Shown one piece after another: positions 27,308 through 35,120 of a DNA stretch of 35,120 bases. Both the position numbers and the translations under genes were made by a program. The stretch comes from a virus (lineage: Duplodnaviria; Heunggongvirae; Uroviricota; Caudoviricetes). The DNA is taken from the IMG/VR virus record IMGVR_UViG_2778261168_000003. One strand, written 5' to 3'. Under the pieces are notes generated by a model. It searched no databases, was not told where the DNA came from, and saw only the letters and a list, made by a program, of their open reading frames with translations. Position 1 is the first letter of the stretch. Every line of letters starts with the position of its first letter.

Positions 27308-30300
27308 TAATAACCTGCGCCTGCAGGTCATTCTTAATGCGGTTGACAAACTCACCCGCCCATTCCGTGCTGCACAGGCCAGTTCGAAAGAGCTGGCTGG
27401 CGCAATCAGAAACTCCCGTAACGCATTAAAGCAACTCAATCAGGCGGGTAACAGCCTGGAAAAATTTCGCAAGCTGCAGGCAGATAACAAAAAGTTAGGC
27501 GACAGGCTGAACTATGCCAGACAGAAGGCAAATTTGCTTAGTTCTGAGCTGGAAGCGATGGAACAACCATCACAACGGCACCTTGTGGCTTTAGGTCGGC
27601 AAACGCTGGCAGTCCAACGCCTGGAAGAACAACAAAAATATTTGCAGAAGCAAACGGCGCTTGTGCGTGCAGAACTGTACCGGGCGGGAATTTCTGCGAA
27701 AGATGATGCGGGAGCAACTGCCCGTTTAGCCCGTGAAACATCACGTTATAACCAGGAACTTTCGAAACAGGAGGCACGGCTGAAGCGACTGGGGGAAGCT
27801 CAGCGCAGGATGAATGCGGCGCGTGCCAGTTATGCCCGTTCACTGGAGGTGCGTGATCGTATTGCAGGTGCCGGAGCCACCACCACGGCTGCAGGGCTGG
27901 CAATGGGTGCGCCAGTGATGGCAGCAGTAAAAAGCTATACCAGCATGGAAGATGCCATGAAAGGTGTGGCAAAGCAGGTCAATGGTCTGCGTGACGATAA
28001 TGGCAACCGCACTGCACGTTTTTATGAAATGCAGGATGCCATCAAGGCTGCCAGCGAACAGCTGCCGATGGAAAACGGTGCGGTGGACTTCGCTGCACTG
28101 GTTGAAGGTGGGGCGCGCATGAACGTCGCAAACCCTGACGACAGCTGGGAAGACCAGAAACGTGATCTGCTGGCCTTCGCCAGCACGGCAGCAAAGGCGG
28201 CAACAGCCTTTGAGCTGCCAGCGGATGAACTGTCAGAAAGTCTGGGGAAAATCGCCCAGCTCTACAAAATCCCTACCCGCAATATTGAACAGCTCGGTGA
28301 TGCGCTGAACTATCTGGATGATAACGCCATGTCGAAAGGGGCAGACATCATTGATGTCATGCAACGCCTGGGCGGTGTGGCTGATCGTCTGGATTATCGT
28401 AAAGCGGCGGCACTGGGTTCCACCTTTCTGACACTGGGCGCTGCGCCGGAGGTTGCAGCCAGTGCAGCAAACGCGATGGTGCGTGAATTGTCCATTGCCA
28501 CCATGCAAAGCAAGAGTTTCTTTGAAGGGATGAATCTGCTGAAACTCAATCCTGAAGTGATTGAAAAGCAGATGACGAAGGATGCGATGGGAACTATCCA
28601 GCGTGTGCTGGAGAAGGTGAACGCACTGCCGCAGGACAAGCGTCTGTCTGCCATGACCATGTTGTTTGGTAAAGAGTTTGGCGATGACGCGGCGAAACTG
28701 GCAAACAACCTGCCGGAACTACAGCGCCAGCTAAAACTGACTGCGGGCAATGATGCGCTCGGTTCCATGCAGAAAGAATCCGACATCAACAAAGACTCAC
28801 TTTCTGCTCAGTGGTTGCTGGTCAAAACCGGAGCGCAGAACACCTTCAGCAGCCTGGGCGAAACGCTGCGCCAGCCGCTGATGGATATTCTGTACACGGT
28901 GAAAAGCGTCACGGGGGCGTTGCGCCGCTGGGTGGAAGCTAACCCGGAACTGACGGGCACACTGATGAAAGTAGCAGCGGTTGTGGCTGCGGTGACAGTG
29001 GGCCTCGGCACCTTAGCGGTGGCGCTGGCTGCAGTGCTGGGGCCGCTGGCAGTCATCCGTCTGGGATTCTCTGTGCTGGGTATCAAAACGTTACCTTCCG
29101 TTACGGCAGCAGTAACTCGAACCAGCAACGCGTTGTCCTGGCTGGCTGGCGCACCACTGGCACTGCTGCGACGCGGGCTTGCTTCATCGGGCAACGCCGC
29201 AGGTTTACTTACTGCGCCGTTGTCGTCTTTGCGCCGCACGGCATCACTGACGGGAAATGTCCTGAAAACTGTAGCAGGTGCGCCAGTTGCACTTTTGCGG
29301 TCTGGATTATCCGGTTTACGTGCTGTTGCTGTGATGTTTATGAATCCTCTGGCGGTACTGCGCGGTGGACTGACCGCCGCAGGTACGGTGCTGCGAGTAC
29401 TGGCATCTGGTCCACTGGCGATGCTGCGCGTTGCCCTGTATGCCATATCTGGTCTGTTAGGTGCTCTGCTCAGTCCGATAGGTCTTGTGGTTACTGCACT
29501 GGCAGGCGTGGCGCTGGTTGTCTGGAAATACTGGCAACCCATCATCGCATTTCTCGGTGGCGTGGTGGAAGGATTCAAAGCGGCGGCAGGTCCCGTCAGT
29601 GCAGCATTCGAACCACTTAAGCCTGTGTTTCAGTGGATTGGCGACAAAGTGCAGGCGCTGTGGGGCTGGTTTACTGATCTGCTGACACCCGTTAAGTCGA
29701 CCTCTGCCGAACTGCAGAGCGCAGCGGCAATGGGGCGGAGATTCGGGGAGGCACTGGCGGAAGGGCTGAATATGGTCATGCATCCGCTGGACTCCCTGAA
29801 ATCCGGTGTTTCCTGGTTGCTGGATAAACTCGGCATTGTCAGTAAAGAGGCTGCAAAGGCGAAACTGCCGGAAAGCGTGACGCGTCAGCAACCTGCGACG
29901 GTGAATGCAGACGGTAAAGTGATGATGCCATCGGGTGGTTTTCCGTCATGGGGATATGGCTTTGCGGGGATGTATGACAGCGGCGGGTATATCCCGCGCG
30001 GGCAGTTTGGCATTGTCGGTGAAAACGGGCCTGAAATTGTCAACGGCCCGGCAAACGTGACCAGCCGGAGAAATACCGCTGCACTGGCTGCGGTTGTCGC
30101 CGGAATGATGGGCGTTGCTGCCGCGCCAGCAGAGCTTCCACCGTTGCATCCTTTGGCGCTTCCCGCGAAAGGCGGTGAAGCGATGGTGAGTCGCGCAGTC
30201 ACTGTGCCGCCCGTTTACCAGATTGAGGCACCAACGCAGATCATCATCCAGACGCAGCCAGGACAAAGTGCGCAGGATATTGCACGGGAGGTGGCCCGCC

Positions 30301-30377
30301 AGCTTGATGAACGTGAACGCAGGCTGAAGGCAAAAGCCAGGAGTAACTACAGCGATCAGGGGGGATACGACGCATGA
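27300..30377 (+). CDS. T: Tail tape measure protein T
   Basis: 1025 aa; coiled-coil N-terminal region, internally repetitive Ala/Leu/Gly-rich segments; position after E/E'. Confidence 0.85.
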   Translation: MSDNNLRLQVILNAVDKLTRPFRAAQASSKELAGAIRNSRNALKQLNQAGNSLEKFRKLQADNKKLGDRLNYARQKANLLSSELEAMEQPSQRHLVALGRQTLAVQRLEEQQKYLQKQTALVRAELYRAGISAKDDAGATARLARETSRYNQELSKQEARLKRLGEAQRRMNAARASYARSLEVRDRIAGAGATTTAAGLAMGAPVMAAVKSYTSMEDAMKGVAKQVNGLRDDNGNRTARFYEMQDAIKAASEQLPMENGAVDFAALVEGGARMNVANPDDSWEDQKRDLLAFASTAAKAATAFELPADELSESLGKIAQLYKIPTRNIEQLGDALNYLDDNAMSKGADIIDVMQRLGGVADRLDYRKAAALGSTFLTLGAAPEVAASAANAMVRELSIATMQSKSFFEGMNLLKLNPEVIEKQMTKDAMGTIQRVLEKVNALPQDKRLSAMTMLFGKEFGDDAAKLANNLPELQRQLKLTAGNDALGSMQKESDINKDSLSAQWLLVKTGAQNTFSSLGETLRQPLMDILYTVKSVTGALRRWVEANPELTGTLMKVAAVVAAVTVGLGTLAVALAAVLGPLAVIRLGFSVLGIKTLPSVTAAVTRTSNALSWLAGAPLALLRRGLASSGNAAGLLTAPLSSLRRTASLTGNVLKTVAGAPVALLRSGLSGLRAVAVMFMNPLAVLRGGLTAAGTVLRVLASGPLAMLRVALYAISGLLGALLSPIGLVVTALAGVALVVWKYWQPIIAFLGGVVEGFKAAAGPVSAAFEPLKPVFQWIGDKVQALWGWFTDLLTPVKSTSAELQSAAAMGRRFGEALAEGLNMVMHPLDSLKSGVSWLLDKLGIVSKEAAKAKLPESVTRQQPATVNADGKVMMPSGGFPSWGYGFAGMYDSGGYIPRGQFGIVGENGPEIVNGPANVTSRRNTAALAAVVAGMMGVAAAPAELPPLHPLALPAKGGEAMVSRAVTVPPVYQIEAPTQIIIQTQPGQSAQDIAREVARQLDERERRLKAKARSNYSDQGGYDA

Positions 30378-30859
30378 TGATGGTGCTGGGATTGTACGTG
30401 TTTATGCTGCGCACCGTACCGTATCAGGAGCTGCAGTATCAACGCAGCTGGCGACATGCGGCAAACAGTCGGGTAAATCGTCGTCCGTCCACGCAGTTTC
30501 TGGGACCGGACAACGACATGCTGACGCTTTCTGGTGTTCTTATGCCGGAGATAACAGGCGGCAGGCTGTCGTTGCTGGCACTGGAGCAGATGGCAGAACA
30601 GGGGAAAGCATGGCCCCTGATTGAAGGCAGCGGCACGATTTATGGCATGTATGTGATTGAGGGACTGAATCAGACTAAAACGGAGTTTTTTCGCGATGGT
30701 ATGCCGCGCCGGATTGAGTTCACCCTGTTGCTCAAACGGGTGGATGAATCCCTGTCCGATATGTTCGGTGATCTCAGTGCGCAGCTGAATAATCTGCAGG
30801 ATACGGCAACGTCTGCATTAAGCGATATCAGTAAAACTGTGGGAGGGCTGCTGTCGTGA
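30374..30859 (+). CDS. U: Tail protein U
   Basis: 161 aa; ATGA overlap with T; synteny. Confidence 0.8.
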   Translation: MMMVLGLYVFMLRTVPYQELQYQRSWRHAANSRVNRRPSTQFLGPDNDMLTLSGVLMPEITGGRLSLLALEQMAEQGKAWPLIEGSGTIYGMYVIEGLNQTKTEFFRDGMPRRIEFTLLLKRVDESLSDMFGDLSAQLNNLQDTATSALSDISKTVGGLLS

Positions 30860-31956
30860 ATTTCAGTTCTGAACTGCTTAACAAAGGCAACAAAACTCCG
30901 GCATTCAGCATCAGTATTGAAGGGAGGGATATCACCACTGTGCTGGACAACCGCCTGATGGGGCTGACGCTGACGGATAACCGGAGCTTTGAAGCAGACC
31001 AGCTTGATCTGGAGCTGGACGACGCCGACGGAAAAATCGTGCTGCCGCGCCGTGGTGCGGTCATTACGCTGGCGCTGGGCTGGAAGGGGCAGCCGCTTTT
31101 CCCGAAAGGGGCATTCACGGTGGACGAGATTGAACACACTGGCGCACCGGACCGCCTGACCATCCGGGCGCGAAGTGCTGATTTTCGGGAAACGCTGAAT
31201 ACCCGCCGTGAAAAATCGTGGCACAAGACCACGGTCGGGGAAGTGGTGAAGGAAATAGCTGCGCGTCACAAACTGAAGATGGCACTGGGTAAAGACCTGT
31301 CGGATAAACCCGTGGATCATATAGACCAGACTAATGAGAGTGACAGCAGTTTTCTGATGCGGCTGGCGCGCCAGTACGGTGCTATTGCGTCGGTGAAAAA
31401 TGGCAATCTGTTATTCATCCGGCAGGGACAGGGTAAAAGTGCCAGCGGTAAACCACTGCCGGTGATCACTATCACACGCAAGGACGGCGACAGTCACCGA
31501 TTTACCCTGGCAGATCGCGGAGCCTATACGGGCGTAATTGCCAGTTGGTTGCATACCCGCGAACCTGCGAAGAAAGAAAGCACCACGGTGAAGCGTAAGC
31601 GCAGGACCGCAAAGCAGAAGAAAGAGCCGGAAGCGAAGCAGGGCGATTACCTGGTGGGTACGGATGAAAACGTGCTGGTACTTAATCGCACTTATGCCAA
31701 CCGAAGCAACGCTGAACGGGCAGCGAAAATGCAGTGGGAACGCCTGCAACGCGGCGTTGCGTCATTCTCGCTACAACTGGCGGAAGGTCGGGCAGATCTC
31801 TACACGGAAATGCCAGTGAAAGTCAGTGGCTTTAAACAGCCGATAGATGATGCGGAATGGACCATTACGACTCTGACGCATACCGTCAGCCCGGATAACG
31901 GTTTTACGACCAGTCTGGAGCTTGAAGTGAGGATTGATGATTTCGAAATGGAATGA
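30856..31956 (+). CDS. D: Tail protein D (late gene D)
   Basis: 366 aa; last late gene before ogr; synteny. Confidence 0.8.
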   Translation: MNFSSELLNKGNKTPAFSISIEGRDITTVLDNRLMGLTLTDNRSFEADQLDLELDDADGKIVLPRRGAVITLALGWKGQPLFPKGAFTVDEIEHTGAPDRLTIRARSADFRETLNTRREKSWHKTTVGEVVKEIAARHKLKMALGKDLSDKPVDHIDQTNESDSSFLMRLARQYGAIASVKNGNLLFIRQGQGKSASGKPLPVITITRKDGDSHRFTLADRGAYTGVIASWLHTREPAKKESTTVKRKRRTAKQKKEPEAKQGDYLVGTDENVLVLNRTYANRSNAERAAKMQWERLQRGVASFSLQLAEGRADLYTEMPVKVSGFKQPIDDAEWTITTLTHTVSPDNGFTTSLELEVRIDDFEME

Positions 31957-32046
31957 TTCTTCGCAATGGAGAACTTTTAAGTTTGCAAAATGGAATAATG
32001 CGGTATCATTATTGTGAATTTAGCAAAAATGGGGAGAACTCGAAAA

Positions 32047-32265
32047 ATGATGATTTGCCCACTGTGTGGAAGTGCCGCCCATACTCGCAGCAGTTTTCAG
32101 GTATCTTCATTGACCAAAGAGCGTTACAACCAGTGCCAGAACATTAACTGCAGCCATACTTTTGTTACCCATGAAACTTTTGTTCGTTCGATTGCAACGC
32201 CAAAAGAGTCAAATCCGGTTCAGCCGCATCCAATGAAATCAGGACAGGTGGCGCTCTCTCTTTGA
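32047..32265 (+). CDS. ogr: Ogr-like zinc-finger late transcription activator
   Basis: 72 aa from ATG 32047; CPLCGSAAH...CQNINCSHTF closely parallels P2 Ogr (CPLCQHAAH...CQNVNCSATF). Confidence 0.8.
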   Translation: MMICPLCGSAAHTRSSFQVSSLTKERYNQCQNINCSHTFVTHETFVRSIATPKESNPVQPHPMKSGQVALSL

Positions 32266-32351
32266 CGCTGCCGCCATTTTGCCGCCATCGTTAAAAAACA
32301 GTGCTTCTAACATCATGATTTTAAACAGCATAAATTTAAGGCAACAAAAAA

Positions 32352-32388
32352 CCCATCAACCTTGAACCGAAATGGCGGGGTTGATGGG
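32352..32388 (-). terminator. Hairpin with T-run on the minus strand, possible ybjL terminator
   Basis: CCCATCAACC...GGTTGATGGG stem with an A-run on the plus-strand 5' side (T-run for the minus strand). Confidence 0.35.
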
Positions 32389-32500
32389 CTCCACAAAATG
32401 GGGACATCAAAGAAAAGCAGTGGCACTAATTAAGACTGATGCCCTGCGGAAAAGTTCTGCGGTTGTGCAAAAAAATTTCATTTTCAGGGCAACTTCAGTT

Positions 32501-34186
32501 TTATCCTAATCCTGGCCATACCATGACGATGATTGTCCCTGCCAGCGTCAGCAGGACGTTGGCGATTGCGTAGGTGCCCGCATAGCCCAGCGCAGGGATG
32601 TTACTGCGAGCTGTATCACTGATGATCTCCATTGCCGGCGCGCAGGTGCGTGCGCCCATCATTGCGCCGAACAACAGTGCGCGGTTCATTCGCAATACAT
32701 AAGCACCGAACAAGAAACAGATAACCACGGGCACAAGACTGACAATTAATCCGGCAATCAACATCTGACCGCCAATCGCGCCCAGGCCGTTATTAATACC
32801 GCTACCGGCGCTCAGACCAACGCCTGCCATAAACACCATCAAGCCGAACTCTTTCACCATGCTTAATGCACCTTGCGGAATGTAACCGAAGGTCGGGTGG
32901 TTAGCACGCATAAAGCCCAGCATAATTCCGGCGAATAACAACCCGGCAGCGTTCCCCATGCCGAAACTGAATGTGCTGAACTGGAAGGTGATCATCCCGA
33001 TCATCAGCCCAATAACAAAGAAGGCGCAAAATGCCAGCAGGTCAGTGACCTGGCTGTGAATCGAGATAAAGCCGATGCGATCGGCGATGGTTTTTACGCG
33101 ACGGGCATCACCGCTGACTTGTAAAACGTCACCTTTGTTAAGCACGACGTTGTCATCTATCGGCATCTCAATCTGGCTACGAATGACGCGGTTAAGGAAG
33201 CAACCGTGATCGGTCAACTTCAGTTGTGCGAGACGTTTACCTACAGCGTTATGGTTTTTAACGACCACTTCTTCAGTGACGATACGCATGTCGAGAAGGT
33301 CACGATCGAAAACTTCTTTACCGTTACGGAAGCTGGGATCGAGTCGGGCATGGGCGTCGGGATAGCCTACCAACGCTATTTCATCGCCCATTTGTAGCAC
33401 GGCATCACCGTCTGGATTTGCCAGAATCCCGTTACGTCGAATACGTTCAATGTAGCAGCCGGTTTGTCGATAAATACCCAGTTCACGCAGATTTTTGCCG
33501 TCGGTCCAGGCCACCAGCTCCGGGCCGACGCGATAGGCGCGGATCACCGGTAAATAAACCTTACGGTTGGCATCAGTGTCCAGGCCACGTTCGCGGGCGA
33601 TTTGCTGGGCGCTGGTCTGTAAGTCCTGATGCTGCAATTTCGGCAAGTAACGCGCACCAACAATCAAACTCACCAGACCGATTAAATAGGTTAAGGCATA
33701 CCCGAGGCTCAGATTATCCAGTGCCAGTGAGAGCTGCCTGCTTTCCATGCCGGAATGACGCAGTGTATCGCCAGCACCGACCAGAACCGGTGTCGACGTC
33801 ATAGAGCCTGCTAACATACCGGCCGTCAGGCCAATATCCCAGCCAAACAGCTTACCTAACCCTAAGGCGATCACCAGCGCACTGCCAACCATCACCAGTG
33901 CTAACATTAGGTAATTTTTCCCATCGCGAAAAAAAATGGAAAAAAAGTTCGGTCCGGCTTCGACCCCGACGCAGAAAATAAACAGCATAAAGCCAAGATT
34001 AAGCGCATCGGTGTTAATGCTGAAATGTTGTTGGCCTAATAACAGCGATACGACTAAAACGCCAATGGAATTACCCAGTTGGATCGAACCAAGTCGTAAC
34101 TTTCCGAGACATAGCCCAAGCGCGAGGACCACAAATAATAACAGAATGTAATTCCCATTTAACAATTCGGCGACGTTTATATTCAC
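32501..34186 (-). CDS. ybjL: Putative transport protein YbjL (host gene)
   Basis: 561-aa multi-pass membrane protein with two central soluble domains; recognised as E. coli YbjL; neighbours ybjM and grxA as in E. coli K-12. Confidence 0.85.
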
Positions 34187-34455
34187 GGAGGCTAACTTCT
34201 TGTTTACTAGTAAGCTGTTGAAAGAAATGGTAATTTACGATAATGTTTTTTACCAGAATTCAGGGCGCAGATTCATTCAGCGCACCTAAACGATAGTAAA
34301 GTAACAATATATTTTACTAGTGTAATCACATTAGGTATCAACGGCTATATGAATTGCGTTGGCCTATATTAGCATGGAATGCGAAGCGGCTTTATCTTAC
34401 TGAACGCCACACTGGCGAAAAATGTGTTCGATAGACGCAGTGTCAGGAGGAACGA

Positions 34456-34833
34456 GTGAAACATAAACAACGTTGGGCGGGGGCAATCTGCTGTTTTGTC
34501 CTCTTCATTGTGGTGTGCCTTTTTCTGGCGACGCACATGAAAGGCGCTTTTCGGGCTGCCGGGCATCCTGAAATCGGCTTGCTATTTTTCATTCTTCCTG
34601 GAGCAGTGGCCAGCTTCTTTTCACAGCGTAGAGAAGTCCTGAAACCTCTGTTTGGCGCAATGCTGGCGGCACCCTGTTCGATGCTCATTATGCGGCTGTT
34701 TTTTTCACCGACGCGCTCATTCTGGCAAGAGCTGGCATGGTTACTAAGCGCGGTGTTCTGGTGTGCGCTGGGGGCACTGTGTTTCTTATTTATCAGTAGT
34801 TTGTTTAAACCACAGCACAGAAAAAATCAGTAA
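34456..34833 (+). CDS. ybjM: Inner membrane protein YbjM (host gene)
   Basis: 125-aa hydrophobic protein between ybjL and grxA. Confidence 0.8.
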   Translation: MKHKQRWAGAICCFVLFIVVCLFLATHMKGAFRAAGHPEIGLLFFILPGAVASFFSQRREVLKPLFGAMLAAPCSMLIMRLFFSPTRSFWQELAWLLSAVFWCALGALCFLFISSLFKPQHRKNQ

Positions 34834-34853
34834 AGCCCTCAACGCGAGGGCTT
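34833..34853. terminator. Bidirectional terminator hairpin between ybjM and grxA
   Basis: AAGCCCTC-AACGC-GAGGGCTT between convergent gene ends. Confidence 0.5.
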
Positions 34854-34862
34854 GTCAGACGA

Positions 34863-35120
34863 TCAGGCGTCCAGATTTTCTTTCACCCATGCAGCAAAAT
34901 CGGTATAGCCGCCGATATGTTGCTGATCGACAAAAATCTGCGGCACGGTTTCTACGGGTTTACCTGCCTTTTGTTGTAGATCTTCTTTAGTGATCCCTTC
35001 CGCACGAATATCTACATACTGATACTGAAAATCATCGCGTTCATTGCTCAATTTCTCAGCCAGATCTTTTGCACGCACACAGTAAGGGCAACCCGAACGA
35101 CCAAAAATAACGGTTTGCAT
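34863..35120 (-). CDS. grxA: Glutaredoxin 1 (host gene)
   Basis: 85 aa with CPYC active site (MQTVIFGRSGCPYCVRAKDLA...); start codon is the last three bases of the window. Confidence 0.9.
   Translation of the reverse strand: MQTVIFGRSGCPYCVRAKDLAEKLSNERDDFQYQYVDIRAEGITKEDLQQKAGKPVETVPQIFVDQQHIGGYTDFAAWVKENLDA

Larger units (their letters stand above)
1..32345. mobile_element. P2/186-family prophage (integrase end at window start; right boundary approximate, somewhere in 32266-32350)
   Basis: Complete P2-type synteny in prophage order: int-cI-apl-cII-...-A-(cargo/cos)-Q-P-O-N-M-L-X-Y-K-lysBC-R-S-V-W-J-I-H-G-FI-FII-E-T-U-D-ogr, followed by host genes ybjL/ybjM/grxA. attL lies beyond the left window edge. 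Confidence 0.85.

Noticed and set aside
28808-30266. Minus-strand ORFs (up to 256 aa) inside the tape measure gene
   Set aside because: The tape measure gene is GC- and Ala-rich, which produces long open antisense frames; no coding evidence.
32407-32470. Repeated CTGCGG motifs near the host junction
   Set aside because: These are direct rather than inverted repeats, with no flanking structure suggesting an att core or terminator; probably chance.
33206-34151. Plus-strand ORFs inside ybjL
   Set aside because: Antisense to a recognised host membrane transporter gene.
1-35120. CRISPR array, tRNA, rRNA or insertion sequence
   Set aside because: No regularly spaced short direct repeats, no tRNA-like cloverleaf at the prophage junction, and no transposase-like ORF or terminal inverted repeats were found on inspection.

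Overview
This window is an almost complete P2/186-family (Peduovirus-like) prophage of about 32.3 kb, integrated next to the E. coli genes ybjL, ybjM and grxA (32.5-35.1 kb). All calls rest on reading the six-frame translations, gene order and motifs by eye; no database search was run. The prophage order is: integrase, CI-type repressor, Apl/Cox, CII, small early genes, a TraR-like zinc finger, Dam methylase, replication initiator gpA, an SOS module (LexA box, Tum-like ORF, DinI-like), an AT-rich cargo region, then the late region from portal Q through D and Ogr. The AT-rich cargo holds a lipoprotein, a cos-like site and, most notably, a two-gene cassette: a HipA/HipT-like kinase core followed by a protein with a HipA-N/HipS-like N-terminus and a HIRAN-like C-terminus. 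This is a candidate toxin-antitoxin or anti-phage defence system and the best candidate for a novel system here. A second AT-rich insertion sits antisense between tail genes S and V and encodes a 401-aa protein of unknown function. Other observations include TGT-N12-ACA dyads upstream of three late transcription units, an E/E' frameshift site, and a 480-bp tandem duplication in the tail fibre gene. No tRNA, rRNA, CRISPR array or IS element was seen.
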